Shown in pieces: positions 55,367 through 64,000 of a stretch of DNA of 64,000 nucleotides. The notes below the pieces were generated by a model. It saw nothing but the letters and a program-made list of their open reading frames with translations. It made no database searches and was not told the origin of the DNA. Each line of letters begins with the position of its first letter. The stretch's first letter is position 1. Source of the stretch: an uncultured Enterobacteriaceae bacterium (GTDB taxonomy: Bacteria; Pseudomonadota; Gammaproteobacteria; Burkholderiales; SG8-39); the NCBI GenBank assembly GCA_964565875.1, contig CAZMGP010000020.1, forward strand, positions 2,332 through 66,331. The letters run 5' to 3'. The translations under genes were made by a program, and so were the position numbers.

Positions 55367-56299
55367 TCAGTCGGCCAAGCTGGCGAAAAGCGGCGTCGAC
55401 AGGTAGCGCTCGCCGAAGGACGGGATGATCACCACGATCTGCTTGCCTCGATTCTGCTCGCGATTCGCCACTTCGAGCGCGGCCCACACCGCCGCGCCGG
55501 AAGAAATGCCGACCAGCAAGCCTTCTTCGCGCGCCATGCGCCGCGCCGTCTCCATCGCGTCCTCGTTCTTCACGCGCACGATCTCGTCGTACACCGAGGT
55601 GTTGAGGACTTTGGGGACGAAGCCCGCGCCTATGCCCTGGATCGGGTGCGGCCCGGGCTGCCCGCCGGAGAGCACGGGCGAAGCCTCGGGCTCGACCGCG
55701 ATGGCGCGGAACGAGGGCTTGCGCGCCTTGATCACTTCGCCCACGCCGGTGATGGTGCCGCCGGTGCCGATCCCCGACACCAGGAAGTCGACCTTGCCGT
55801 CGGTGTCGCGCCAGATCTCTTCCGCCGTGGTGCGGCGATGCACCTCGGGATTCGCCGGATTCTCGAATTGCTGCGGAATGAAGTAGCGCGCATCGGCCGC
55901 CGCCATTTCGTTCGCTTTGTTGATCGCGCCGTTCATGCGCTCGGCGCCGGGGGTGAGCACGAGCTCCGCGCCATAGGCGCGCAGCAGCATGCGCCGTTCC
56001 TTGCTCATGGTGTCCGGCATCACCAGCGTGCACTTGTAGCCGCGCGCGGCGCACACCATGGCGAGCCCGATGCCGGTATTGCCGCTGGTGGGCTCGAGGA
56101 TGATGGTGTCGGGCTTGATGCGCCCCGCCTTCTCCGCCGCTTCGATCATCGACAGGCCGATGCGGTCCTTCACGCTATGCGCCGGGTTCTGGAATTCGAG
56201 CTTGGCCAGCACTTCCGCGGCGCAACCGCGGGTAAGGCGATTGATGCGCACCAAGGGAGTGTTGCCGATCAAAGCGGTGACGTCGTTGGCGATACGCAT
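55367..56299 (-). CDS. cysK: cysteine synthase A (O-acetylserine sulfhydrylase)
   Basis: 310-aa ORF with the PLP-lysine motif NPAHSVKDR, then [10 protein letters not shown] and GIGTGGT. Confidence 0.95.
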   Translation of the reverse strand: MRIANDVTALIGNTPLVRINRLTRGCAAEVLAKLEFQNPAHSVKDRIGLSMIEAAEKAGRIKPDTIILEPTSGNTGIGLAMVCAARGYKCTLVMPDTMSKERRMLLRAYGAELVLTPGAERMNGAINKANEMAAADARYFIPQQFENPANPEVHRRTTAEEIWRDTDGKVDFLVSGIGTGGTITGVGEVIKARKPSFRAIAVEPEASPVLSGGQPGPHPIQGIGAGFVPKVLNTSVYDEIVRVKNEDAMETARRMAREEGLLVGISSGAAVWAALEVANREQNRGKQIVVIIPSFGERYLSTPLFASLAD

Positions 56300-56415
56300 G
56301 CTTCCTCCGTTAGGGTTGGATTTCTAATCGATGCCGCTGCTTGGCGCGCGAGTTCCTGCTTCCTTCCGTGCGGCGGATTCTGCTTTCGACCCGCTATCCG
56401 CGCGCATGTTGCCAC

Positions 56416-56453
56416 GAAGCGGGCTTGCTGAGGAGCCACAGCAAGCCCGCTTC
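56416..56453 (-). terminator. strong hairpin (15-bp perfect stem) between metY and cysK, no U-tract
   Basis: GAAGCGGGCTTGCTG-AGGAGCCA-CAGCAAGCCCGCTTC, beginning 18 nt downstream of the metY stop. Confidence 0.45.
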
Positions 56454-56470
56454 GCGGGCAGGGTTTCCCT

Positions 56471-57742
56471 TTAGATAGCCGCGAGCGCCTGGTCCAGGTC
56501 TTCCTTCAGATCGTCGATGTGCTCGATGCCGATCGACAGCCGTACCGTGTCCTCGGTGACGCCGGCCTTCTTCATCTCCTCGGCGGAGAGCTGCCGGTGC
56601 GTGGTCGAGGCCGGATGGCAGGCGAGCGATTTCGCATCGCCGATGTTCACCAGGCGCGTAAACAGCTTCAGCGCATCCTGAAACTTCGCCCCCGCTGCGA
56701 GCCCGCCGTGCACGCCGAAGGTGAGGATCCCCGATGGCCGCCCGCCCAGGTACTTCTTGGCGAGCGCGTGGTCCTTGTGCTCGGGCAGCCCGGCGTAGTT
56801 CACCCACGCGACTTTCTTGCTCGCCTTGAGGTGCTGCGCCACGGCGAGCGTGTTCTCGACGATGCGCTCCATGCGCACCGCCAGGGTCTCGATGCCTTGC
56901 AGGATGAGAAAGGCGTTGAAGGGCGAGATCGCCGCGCCCATGTTTCTGAGCGGCACCACGCGCGCGCGGCCGATGTAGGCCGCGGGCCCCAGCGCCTGGG
57001 TATAGACCACGCCGTGGTAGGAGACGTCGGGCTCGTTCAGGCGGCGGAACTTCGACTTGTGCTCGTCCCAGGGGAACTTGCCCGAATCGACGAGGATGCC
57101 GCCGATGGAGTTGCCGTGGCCGCCGAGATACTTGGTGAGCGAATGCACCACGATGTCGGCGCCGTGCTCGAAGGGCCGCAGCAGATAGGGCGTGGGCACG
57201 GTGTTGTCGACGATCAGCGGCACGCCCGCGCGGTGGGCGATGTCGGCGATCTTCGCGATATCGGTGATGTTGCCCAGCGGATTGCCGATCGACTCGACGT
57301 AGACGGCCTTGGTCTTCGCGTCGATCAGCTTCTCGAAGGATGCGGGTTCGCTGTAGCTGGCGAAGCGCGCTTCGATGGCGAACTGCGGTAGAGTGTGGGC
57401 GAAGAGGTTGTAGGTCCCGCCGTAGAGCGTGCTCGCAGAGACGATGTTGTCGCCCGCCTCGGCGATGGTCTGGATGGCGTAGGTGATCGCCGCCTGGCCC
57501 GAGGAGAGCGCGAGCGCGCCGATGCCGCCTTCCATCGCCGCCACGCGCTTCTCCAGCACGTCCTGGGTCGGGTTCATGATGCGGGTGTAGATGTTGCCCT
57601 GCACCTTGAGATCGAACAGGTCCGCCCCGTGCTGCGTATCGTCGAAGGCGTAGGAAGTGGTCTGGTAGATCGGCACCGCCACCGCCTTGGTGGTCGGTTC
57701 CGGGTCGTAGCCGGCGTGCACCGCGAGCGTTTCGAGTTTCAC
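56471..57742 (-). CDS. metY: O-acetylhomoserine aminocarboxypropyltransferase (sulfhydrylase)
   Basis: 423-aa ORF with Cys/Met-metabolism PLP enzyme sequence and [13 protein letters not shown]-lysine motif. Confidence 0.92.
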   Translation of the reverse strand: MKLETLAVHAGYDPEPTTKAVAVPIYQTTSYAFDDTQHGADLFDLKVQGNIYTRIMNPTQDVLEKRVAAMEGGIGALALSSGQAAITYAIQTIAEAGDNIVSASTLYGGTYNLFAHTLPQFAIEARFASYSEPASFEKLIDAKTKAVYVESIGNPLGNITDIAKIADIAHRAGVPLIVDNTVPTPYLLRPFEHGADIVVHSLTKYLGGHGNSIGGILVDSGKFPWDEHKSKFRRLNEPDVSYHGVVYTQALGPAAYIGRARVVPLRNMGAAISPFNAFLILQGIETLAVRMERIVENTLAVAQHLKASKKVAWVNYAGLPEHKDHALAKKYLGGRPSGILTFGVHGGLAAGAKFQDALKLFTRLVNIGDAKSLACHPASTTHRQLSAEEMKKAGVTEDTVRLSIGIEHIDDLKEDLDQALAAI

Positions 57743-57879
57743 GAAGCTTTCCCTATTGCGAAAAGGGGGAAAGTATAGCCGCGACTATCTACGCCGCAAC
57801 GAAGGAATAGGAGATTACTTATTCCCGTGTGTTATATGGTCCCGCGAGCGCAAAAGCCCGCGGGCACCGCCGTTTCTGC

Positions 57880-58890
57880 TCAGGCGAGTTTCAGCAACTT
57901 ACGCGCATTGCCCTCGTAGATGGCGTGGCGCTCGGCGGGCGAGAGTTCCAGCCGGTCGATGATCTCGATGGTCCAGCGGGTGTAGGCCGAACCCTTTTCC
58001 GGGTCGAAGGGCGCGTCGGAGGCGAACAGCACCTTGTCCGCGCCGAAGAATTTCAGCCCGCACTTGGTCGCCTCGAGCGAGCCGAACACCGCGGTGTCGG
58101 CGTAGAACATCTTGAAATAGTCGAGAGGGCGCTTCTTCAGCTTGCGCAGCAGGGCGTAGTAATTCTCGTCGGAGGTGCGGCTGCCGAGCTGGTCCCAGCC
58201 GGGGCCGACGCGGCCTTCGAAATAAGGCACCATCGCGCCGAGGTGGTGGGTGATGATCTTCAGATTCGGGTGCTTGTCGAACAGGCCGGCGAAGACGATG
58301 TGCGCCATGGCGACGCTCGTCTCGTAGGGCCAGCCGAAGGTCCACCAGATCTCGTAGTGGCTCTTCTTCTCGCCCTTGTAGTCGGCGAAATCGGCACCGC
58401 GCGCCGGGTGCAGCCAGATCGGCCGGTCGAGATCGGCCATCAGGTCGAAGATGGGCAGCGTCTCCGGCGCCGTGAGCGGCCGGCCGTTGACGTTGGAAAA
58501 CACCTGCACCCCGACCGCGCCGAGCTTCTTGATCGCGCGCTTCGCTTCGGCGAGCAGACCCTTCGGATCATTCATCGGCAGGGAGGCGACGAAGCCCGGA
58601 AAGCGCTTCGGGTATTTGTCCACCAACTCGGCCAGGCCGTCGTTCGCCAGCCGCGCCAGTTCGGTCGACAGCGGCGGCGGGCCGAACACTTCGATCGGCG
58701 GCGAGGGCAGGCAGATCACCTGCGCATAGTCGTCGCCGAACTGGTCCATGACGCGAAAGCGCTCTTTCAGATCGACGATGCAGGGGATCTCGCGCACGCG
58801 CTTCTGCATGTCGCGCCCCTTGGGCGAGACTTCGAGCATGCGCTCGTAGAATTTCTTCGGAAAGAGATGATTGAAGATGTCTAGTTTCAT
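57880..58890 (-). CDS. amidohydrolase 2 (ACMSD-like metal-dependent hydrolase/decarboxylase) family protein
   Basis: 336-aa ORF (DIFNHLFP N-terminus, WLHP, ITHHLG, FASDAPFD motifs). Confidence 0.8.
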   Translation of the reverse strand: MKLDIFNHLFPKKFYERMLEVSPKGRDMQKRVREIPCIVDLKERFRVMDQFGDDYAQVICLPSPPIEVFGPPPLSTELARLANDGLAELVDKYPKRFPGFVASLPMNDPKGLLAEAKRAIKKLGAVGVQVFSNVNGRPLTAPETLPIFDLMADLDRPIWLHPARGADFADYKGEKKSHYEIWWTFGWPYETSVAMAHIVFAGLFDKHPNLKIITHHLGAMVPYFEGRVGPGWDQLGSRTSDENYYALLRKLKKRPLDYFKMFYADTAVFGSLEATKCGLKFFGADKVLFASDAPFDPEKGSAYTRWTIEIIDRLELSPAERHAIYEGNARKLLKLA

Positions 58891-58909
58891 AGTGCCGTCC
58901 TAAAAAGAT

Positions 58910-59902
58910 TCAATCTGCACCGATATGCGCGGCGCGCACCACCTTGGTCCAGCGCTCCAAATCGGTTTCGACCAGCCGCCCCAATTCCTCCGGCGTTCCG
59001 GTCACCGTGTTCAAGCCCTGCTTCTGCAGGTTCTCGCGCACTTCGGGCAGGGCGAGGATCGAAATGAGTTCGCTGTTCAAGAGACTCACAAGATCGCGCG
59101 GCAACCCGGCGGGGCCGAACAGCGCATACCAGATGTCGACGTCGATGTCGCGCACACCCTCTTCCGCGAGCGAAGGCAGGTCCGGGGTCACCGGCGAGCG
59201 GCGCGAACCGCCCGCGGCAAGCATGCGGATCTTGCCGCTCTGCGCGTGCGGCAGCGCGACGTGCACCGGCAGGAACATGGCCTGCACCTGCCCGCCGAGG
59301 ATGTCGGTCACCGCGCCGGCCGTGCCCTTGTACGGGACGTGGATAAGGTTGATGCCGAAATTGAGCTTGAGCAGCTCCATCGCCAGGTGGTGCGGCGTGC
59401 CGCTGCCGGGGGAGGCGTAATTGAGCTTGCCCGGCTGCGCCTTGGCGAGCGCGACGAATTCCGCCACCGTCTTCGCCGGCACGCTAGGGTTCACCACCAG
59501 CGCCATGTTGCCGATCGCCGCTTCGCCGATGGGGGCGAAGCCGCGCACCGGGTCGTAGGGCACGCGCGACAGCGCGGCGTTCTGCACGATGGTGCTCGCC
59601 GTCATCAACAACGTATAGCCGTCGGGCGGAGACTTCATCACCGCTTCGGTGCCGATGTTGCCGCTCGCGCCGGCGCGATTGTCGACCACCACCGGCTGCT
59701 TCAATCGGTCGGAGAGCTTCTGGCCGATGACGCGGGCGAGAATGTCGATGCCGGTGCCGGCGGTGAAGGGCACGATCACGCGGATCGGCCGGCTGGGATA
59801 GCGCTCCTGCGCTTGGACGCCAGGCAGCGCTGCAAGCATTACGGCGAAGGCGACGGCGCGCGCGAGGCGCCGCGCCGCGTGCTGCGAAATGCGGACGAGC
59901 AT
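58910..59902 (-). CDS. Bug family tripartite tricarboxylate transporter substrate-binding protein
   Basis: 330-aa ORF with a signal peptide and YPSRPIRVIVPFTAGTGIDILAR, VDNRAGASGNIG, PDGYTLL motifs. Confidence 0.88.
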   Translation of the reverse strand: MLVRISQHAARRLARAVAFAVMLAALPGVQAQERYPSRPIRVIVPFTAGTGIDILARVIGQKLSDRLKQPVVVDNRAGASGNIGTEAVMKSPPDGYTLLMTASTIVQNAALSRVPYDPVRGFAPIGEAAIGNMALVVNPSVPAKTVAEFVALAKAQPGKLNYASPGSGTPHHLAMELLKLNFGINLIHVPYKGTAGAVTDILGGQVQAMFLPVHVALPHAQSGKIRMLAAGGSRRSPVTPDLPSLAEEGVRDIDVDIWYALFGPAGLPRDLVSLLNSELISILALPEVRENLQKQGLNTVTGTPEELGRLVETDLERWTKVVRAAHIGAD

Positions 59903-60052
59903 GATTCCTCCTCCTCCAATGCACCCGTACCGATCTATTTGGTAAGACCTCTGACGAATTGCGGAACTATCCTACCCATTTCGTGAGACGTCTGTCAATC
60001 GACGGCGGAATCGCCTTATAATCGTTGCGCCTTCACGCGAAGCCCGGAATCG

Positions 60053-60550
60053 ATGAGCAGCAGCAAAACCCGTTCGAAGCAGTCGGAAATCGCCGCCTAC
60101 CTGCATGCGCGGCCGGGTTTCCTCATCCGCCGCGCGCACCAGATCGCGAATTCAGTGTTCATCGACATGTGCCGCGCAGAGGAGCTCACGCCCAGCCAGT
60201 ACGGCGTGCTCTACCTGCTGCAACACGACGGCCCGACGGATCAGACGGCGATCGCGCGGCTGGTGGGACTGGACCGCTCGACCACCGGCCTGGTGGTGGG
60301 CGGTTTGGCGAGGCGCGGTTTGCTGCGCAAGCAGCCGAGCAGCTTGGACAAGCGCCGCAGTGCGCTCACGCTCACGCCGCGCGGGCGAGCGCTGCTCGAG
60401 CGCTGCGAGCCGCTCGCCGCACAGGTAAAGGAGACGCTGCTCGCGGCCTTCAGCCGCGCCGAGCGCGCCGAATTCCTGCGGCTGCTGAAGAAATTCACCG
60501 CGGCCAACAACCACCTGAGCCGGGCGCGGGTGGACGCGCGTTCGGCCTAG
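60053..60550 (+). CDS. MarR family transcriptional regulator
   Basis: 165-aa ORF with a winged-helix segment (LTPSQYGVLYLLQHDGPTDQTAIARLVGLDRSTTGLVV, DKRRSALTLTPRG). Confidence 0.88.
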   Translation: MSSSKTRSKQSEIAAYLHARPGFLIRRAHQIANSVFIDMCRAEELTPSQYGVLYLLQHDGPTDQTAIARLVGLDRSTTGLVVGGLARRGLLRKQPSSLDKRRSALTLTPRGRALLERCEPLAAQVKETLLAAFSRAERAEFLRLLKKFTAANNHLSRARVDARSA

Positions 60551-60561
60551 CCGCTGATTCC

Positions 60562-61203
60562 CTAAACCTTCGGGCCGAACTCGCGCACGAGCTGCGCCAT
60601 CGCCTGCGCGTCTGGGTCCTGCGACTGCGCGAGGCCCGCAACCACGCCCGCCCGGTCTTGCGCCGAACGGTTCTGGCTCGCTTTCCATTTGCCGCTGATG
60701 CGCGTGAGTTCGATCTCGACGCCGACGATCGCGCGCAGCATGGACTGAATGAAATCCTCCGGCGCGTCGGCCACGCTCCAGGGCTGTGGCCGCGCGGCTT
60801 CGAACCTGCGCGTGAGCCGCTCGACCAGCGCGCGCAGCCAAGCTGCATCTTCGATGACGCGCAGCCGCCCGTAGGCGTGGACCACGGCGTAGTTGTAGGT
60901 CGGGACGACTTTGCCCGATTCTTTCTTGCTCGGATAGAGAGAGGGCGAGATGTAGGCGCCCGGACCATGGAACACGACGAGCGCTTCGACGTCGGATCGA
61001 TGCTCGCGCCAGAGGGGATTGGCGCGCGCGACGTGGCAGCGCAGCGTGCCGTGCGGCGAGGGCTCGGGATCGAACTCCATCGGCACGTGATCCGCAGCGA
61101 GGCCCTGCGACCCCAAGGTGACGAGCGCCGCCAGCGGATGGTCTTCCATCAACCCGCGCAGAACCTCGGGGCGCTGCTCGACGAAATGCGATGGCTGGTA
61201 CAT
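60562..61203 (-). CDS. FMN-binding negative transcriptional regulator, PaiB family
   Basis: 213-aa ORF (MYQPSHFVEQRPEVL ..., HVARANPLW, KVVPTYNYAVVH, GKWKASQNR). Confidence 0.88.
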   Translation of the reverse strand: MYQPSHFVEQRPEVLRGLMEDHPLAALVTLGSQGLAADHVPMEFDPEPSPHGTLRCHVARANPLWREHRSDVEALVVFHGPGAYISPSLYPSKKESGKVVPTYNYAVVHAYGRLRVIEDAAWLRALVERLTRRFEAARPQPWSVADAPEDFIQSMLRAIVGVEIELTRISGKWKASQNRSAQDRAGVVAGLAQSQDPDAQAMAQLVREFGPKV

Positions 61204-61340
61204 ACCGGGCGACTCCTAATTCAGTTGCCCGTGCAGCCGCGGCGTGTCCGAAGTGCAACCCCTGGAAGAGCTAGGCACGCGGCGCGTCGGAGGCACGAGC
61301 CTTGAAGCAGCCCGCGCTAGGGTTACGCGCGGGCGGTCGT

Positions 61341-62594
61341 TTAAGCAGCGCGCTTCTTCTGCTGCTTCTGCTGCGCGGCCTTGGCATGCAGCGCGGCATA
61401 GGCGCCGTGCGCCGCGGCTTCCGCGTCGCCGACGTGGATCGGCAGGCCCATGTCGGACAGCACCGAGCCGAGCGCCGACAGGCACAGCATCACGTTCTCC
61501 GGTTTGCACGAATAGCCCATCAGGCCGACACGCCAGATCTTGCCGGCGAGCGGCCCGAGACCGGCGCCGATTTCGAGGTTGAACTCGGTGAGCAAAGTCT
61601 TCCGCACTTCGGCTTCGCGCGCCTTGATCGCCTCGGGGATGACGACTGCGTTCATCTGCGGCAGCTGCGCCTCTTCCTTCACCAGGAACTTGAGCCCCAT
61701 CGCTTCCAGGCCCGCCTTCAGCGCGAGGTGGTGGCGCGTATGCCGCGCCCAGGCGTTCTCGATGCCCTCTTCGCGGAGAATCAGCAGCGCCTCGTGCAGT
61801 GCGTACAGGCTGTTGGTCGGCGCGGTGTGATGGTAGGTGCGCGTGGTTGCACCCCAGTAGCCGAGCAGCAGGTTCATGTCCATGAACCAGGAATGGATCT
61901 TGTCCTTGCGCTCCTTCACGTGCTCGACCACGCGATCGGAAAACGATACCGGCGACAGCCCCGGCGTGCACGACAAACATTTCTGGCTGGCGGAATAGAC
62001 GGCGTCGACGTTCCACTCGTCGATGAGCACCGGCGTGCCGCCGAGCGAAGTGACCGCGTCCATGATCACCAGCGCCTTGTGCCTGTGCGCCACGTCGACC
62101 AGGGCCTTGGCGTCGGACTGCACGCCGGTCGAGGTCTCGGCGTGCACGAAGGCGACCAGGCGCGCGTCGGGATTCTTCTTCAGCGCGTCTTCCAGCTTTT
62201 GCGGATCGACCTGCTCGCCCCAGGCGTCCTCGACGATGACGGGGATGCCGCCGCAGCGCTCGACGTTCTCGATCATGCGGCCGCCGAACACGCCGTTTCT
62301 GCAGACGATCACTTTGTCGCCGGGCGCGACCAGATTCACGAAGCAGTATTCCATGCCGACCGAGCCGGGACCGGACACCGGGAAGGTAAGCGCATTCTTG
62401 GTCTGATAGGCATAGCGCAGGAGCGACTTCAGCTCTTCCATCATCTCGACGAAAATCGGATCGAGATAGCCGATCGCGGGCAGGCTCATCGCTGCCATCA
62501 CGCGCGGATTGATTTCGGACGGACCGGGGCCCATCAACGTGCGCTGCGGCGGATGGAAAGGTTGGATGCGTTTGACTGGTGCGAAATCACTCAT
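61341..62594 (-). CDS. class-V aminotransferase (serine-glyoxylate / alanine-glyoxylate type)
   Basis: 417-aa core from MSDFAPVKR (ATG 62594, AGGGAG RBS 7 nt upstream). Contains LMGPGPSE, DAVTSLGG and SASQKCL (PLP Lys). The ORF continues upstream without a stop to 62876. Confidence 0.88.
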   Translation of the reverse strand: MSDFAPVKRIQPFHPPQRTLMGPGPSEINPRVMAAMSLPAIGYLDPIFVEMMEELKSLLRYAYQTKNALTFPVSGPGSVGMEYCFVNLVAPGDKVIVCRNGVFGGRMIENVERCGGIPVIVEDAWGEQVDPQKLEDALKKNPDARLVAFVHAETSTGVQSDAKALVDVAHRHKALVIMDAVTSLGGTPVLIDEWNVDAVYSASQKCLSCTPGLSPVSFSDRVVEHVKERKDKIHSWFMDMNLLLGYWGATTRTYHHTAPTNSLYALHEALLILREEGIENAWARHTRHHLALKAGLEAMGLKFLVKEEAQLPQMNAVVIPEAIKAREAEVRKTLLTEFNLEIGAGLGPLAGKIWRVGLMGYSCKPENVMLCLSALGSVLSDMGLPIHVGDAEAAAHGAYAALHAKAAQQKQQKKRAA

Positions 62595-62876
62595 GGCGTC
62601 ACTCCCTGGAAGAGACGACCCGAACAGATCGTCGGGGCGAGATTTGACTCGAACGGGCTTCTTCGCGCTGGCTTCGTTGAGCACTTCCACCGCGGCGACC
62701 TTGCCCTCGGTGACGCGCTCGACTTCCATCGCCCAGCGCGCGGGGACGTAGCCGGACTTCACCCAGTTGTTGACCACCGCGCGGTCGAGACGGAAGCGCC
62801 GGGCCACTTCGGCCTGGCTACCGAAAATCGAAACCAAACGCTCAGCACAGTTCATGCGGAAATCGTAGCATGACAA
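62595..62876 (-). CDS. Cro/YdaS-like HTH segment, in frame with and lacking a stop before the aminotransferase
   Basis: FGSQAEVARRFRLDRAVVNNWVKSGYVPARWAMEVERVTEGKV...SRPDDLF resembles the YdaS/Cro (DUF1019-type) HTH, including the terminal RPD-hF motif. Possible starts are 62876 or 62855. Nine codons separate it from the aminotransferase ATG. Confidence 0.5.
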
Positions 62877-62909
62877 ACTGATTTTGACAAACCGGAATTG
62901 CGCGGCGGC

Positions 62910-63824
62910 TCAGTCGTCTTCTGGCTGGATACGAGCGGGGATCGTCCAAAGGCTGGAAAAATCTTCCGGATCAAAGGCTTTGTCGCCGTCCGCGGCTGGG
63001 ACGCCGGTCGCGGCGAGGTCGGCGAAGTCGAACTGGCTGCGGTCGAGCAGGTGGGAGAGTTCGACCTTCTGCAGGCTGCGGAAGATGTTCTCGACCCGCC
63101 CGGGGAAGTCCTTGTCCCATTGCCGCAGGAGCTGCTTCACCTGCTTGCGCTGCAGGTGGTCCTGCGAGCCGCACAGGTCGCAGGGCATGATGGGGAAGGC
63201 GCGCACCGCCGCATAGCGCTCGAGATCCCTCTCCTTCACGTAGGCGAGCGGGCGGATGACGATGTGCTTGCCGTCGTCCGAGCCGAGCTTGGGCGGCATC
63301 GCCTTCAGCTTGCAGCCGAAGAAGAGATTAAGGAAGAAGGTTTCGACGATGTCGTCGCGATGATGCCCGAGGGCGATGCGCGTCGCGCCCAATTCGCCTG
63401 CCACGCGGTAGAGCACGCCGCGGCGCAGGCGCGAACAGAGCGAGCACATCGTCTTGCCCTCGGGGATGAGCCGCTTCACCACCGAATAGGTGTCCTGCTC
63501 GACGATGCGGTATTCGATGCCGAGAGTGTTCAGGTAATCGGGCAGGACCTGCGGCTGATAGCCGGGCTGCTTCTGGTCGAGGTGCACGGCGACGATGTCG
63601 AAGTCGACCGGCGCACGCGTGCGCAGCTTCAGCAGCACGTCGAGCAGGCTGTAGCTGTCCTTGCCGCCGGAGAGGCAGACCATGACGCGCTCGCCCTTGC
63701 CTATCATGTTGAAGTCGGCGATCGCCTGGCCGACGAGGCGGCATAGGCGCTTCTCCAGCTTGTTCGCCTCGAAGCGCTGCTTTTCCAGTTGCTTGTGATC
63801 CGGCGCGTTCACGTTTGCCACCAT
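62910..63824 (-). CDS. ttcA: tRNA 2-thiocytidine(32) synthetase TtcA
   Basis: 304-aa ORF with PP-loop CLSGGKDS and Fe-S cysteines CSLC and CDLCGS. Confidence 0.93.
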   Translation of the reverse strand: MVANVNAPDHKQLEKQRFEANKLEKRLCRLVGQAIADFNMIGKGERVMVCLSGGKDSYSLLDVLLKLRTRAPVDFDIVAVHLDQKQPGYQPQVLPDYLNTLGIEYRIVEQDTYSVVKRLIPEGKTMCSLCSRLRRGVLYRVAGELGATRIALGHHRDDIVETFFLNLFFGCKLKAMPPKLGSDDGKHIVIRPLAYVKERDLERYAAVRAFPIMPCDLCGSQDHLQRKQVKQLLRQWDKDFPGRVENIFRSLQKVELSHLLDRSQFDFADLAATGVPAADGDKAFDPEDFSSLWTIPARIQPEDD

Positions 63825-63827
63825 TTG

Positions 63828-64000
63828 CTACATGTTCGTGCTTCTGCCGCCGTCGACTGCGATGATCTGCCCCGTTATGTAGGGCGCATCGGCGATCAGG
63901 AAGCAGACCGTGCGCGCGATGTCCTCGGGCTCGCCCGTGCGCTTCAGCAGCGTATGCGACACCACGCGCGCCCGCGTCGCTTCGTCGAACGACCCGTCCT
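63828..64000 (-). CDS. short-chain dehydrogenase/reductase, C-terminal fragment (gene continues beyond the window)
   Basis: The reverse-strand frame reads ...GEPEDIARTVCFLIADAPYITGQIIAVDGGRSTNM*, the typical SDR C-terminus. The stop codon is at 63828-63830. Confidence 0.6.
   Translation of the reverse strand, partial: DGSFDEATRARVVSHTLLKRTGEPEDIARTVCFLIADAPYITGQIIAVDGGRSTNM

Overview
This is a GC-rich, densely coding chromosomal window with betaproteobacteria-like gene order. I support about 70 protein genes on both strands and saw no rRNA, tRNA, CRISPR array, transposase or prophage block.

Gene content, left to right:
- 227-8037: a complete aa3-type cytochrome c oxidase locus (coxB-ctaD-small protein-ctaG-DUF2970-coxC, DUF2909, SURF1, a thioredoxin-like protein, cyoE, SCO1).
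- 8.3-24.6 kb: housekeeping genes (bioC, amidase, comF, trmL, gpsA, secB, grxC, rhodanese, gpmA, envC-like, ctpA, moeB, slmA, argB, hslVU).
- 24.7-27.8 kb: a partly decayed metal-uptake locus (znuB-like permease, fused and frameshifted remnants of a binding-protein gene and an outer-membrane gene, a DUF2946-like gene, a COG0523 GTPase).
- 27.9-38.1 kb: rlmI, xerC-DUF484-dapF, two lipid A acyltransferases, then metK / SAH riboswitch-ahcY-metF.
- 38.4-42.1 kb: an uncharacterised three-gene flavoprotein/Fe-S operon.
- 42.2-49.4 kb: a GGDEF sensor, an NHL lipoprotein, a MATE pump and cysB/cysI/DUF934.
- 49.6-53.1 kb: tfoX, a hypothetical protein, then a Cyc2-like fused monoheme cytochrome-porin with a dihaem cytochrome c4.
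- 53.1-64.0 kb: Bug binding proteins, cysK, metY, an amidohydrolase, marR, paiB, a class-V aminotransferase with an in-frame Cro/YdaS-like N-terminal extension, ttcA and a partial SDR.

Observations most worth a second look:
1. An unclassified ~85-nt two-hairpin repeat family. It has three same-strand intergenic copies with compensatory stem changes.
2. Tandem duplications of gene 3' ends plus terminator (slmA, metF).
3. The orphan redox operon, which is bracketed by repeat elements.
4. The Cyc2-like/c4 pair.
5. The deletion-fused and G8-frameshifted metal transporter remnant.
6. The HTH-aminotransferase fusion.

All functional calls come from reading the translated ORFs and motifs by eye. No database search was run.
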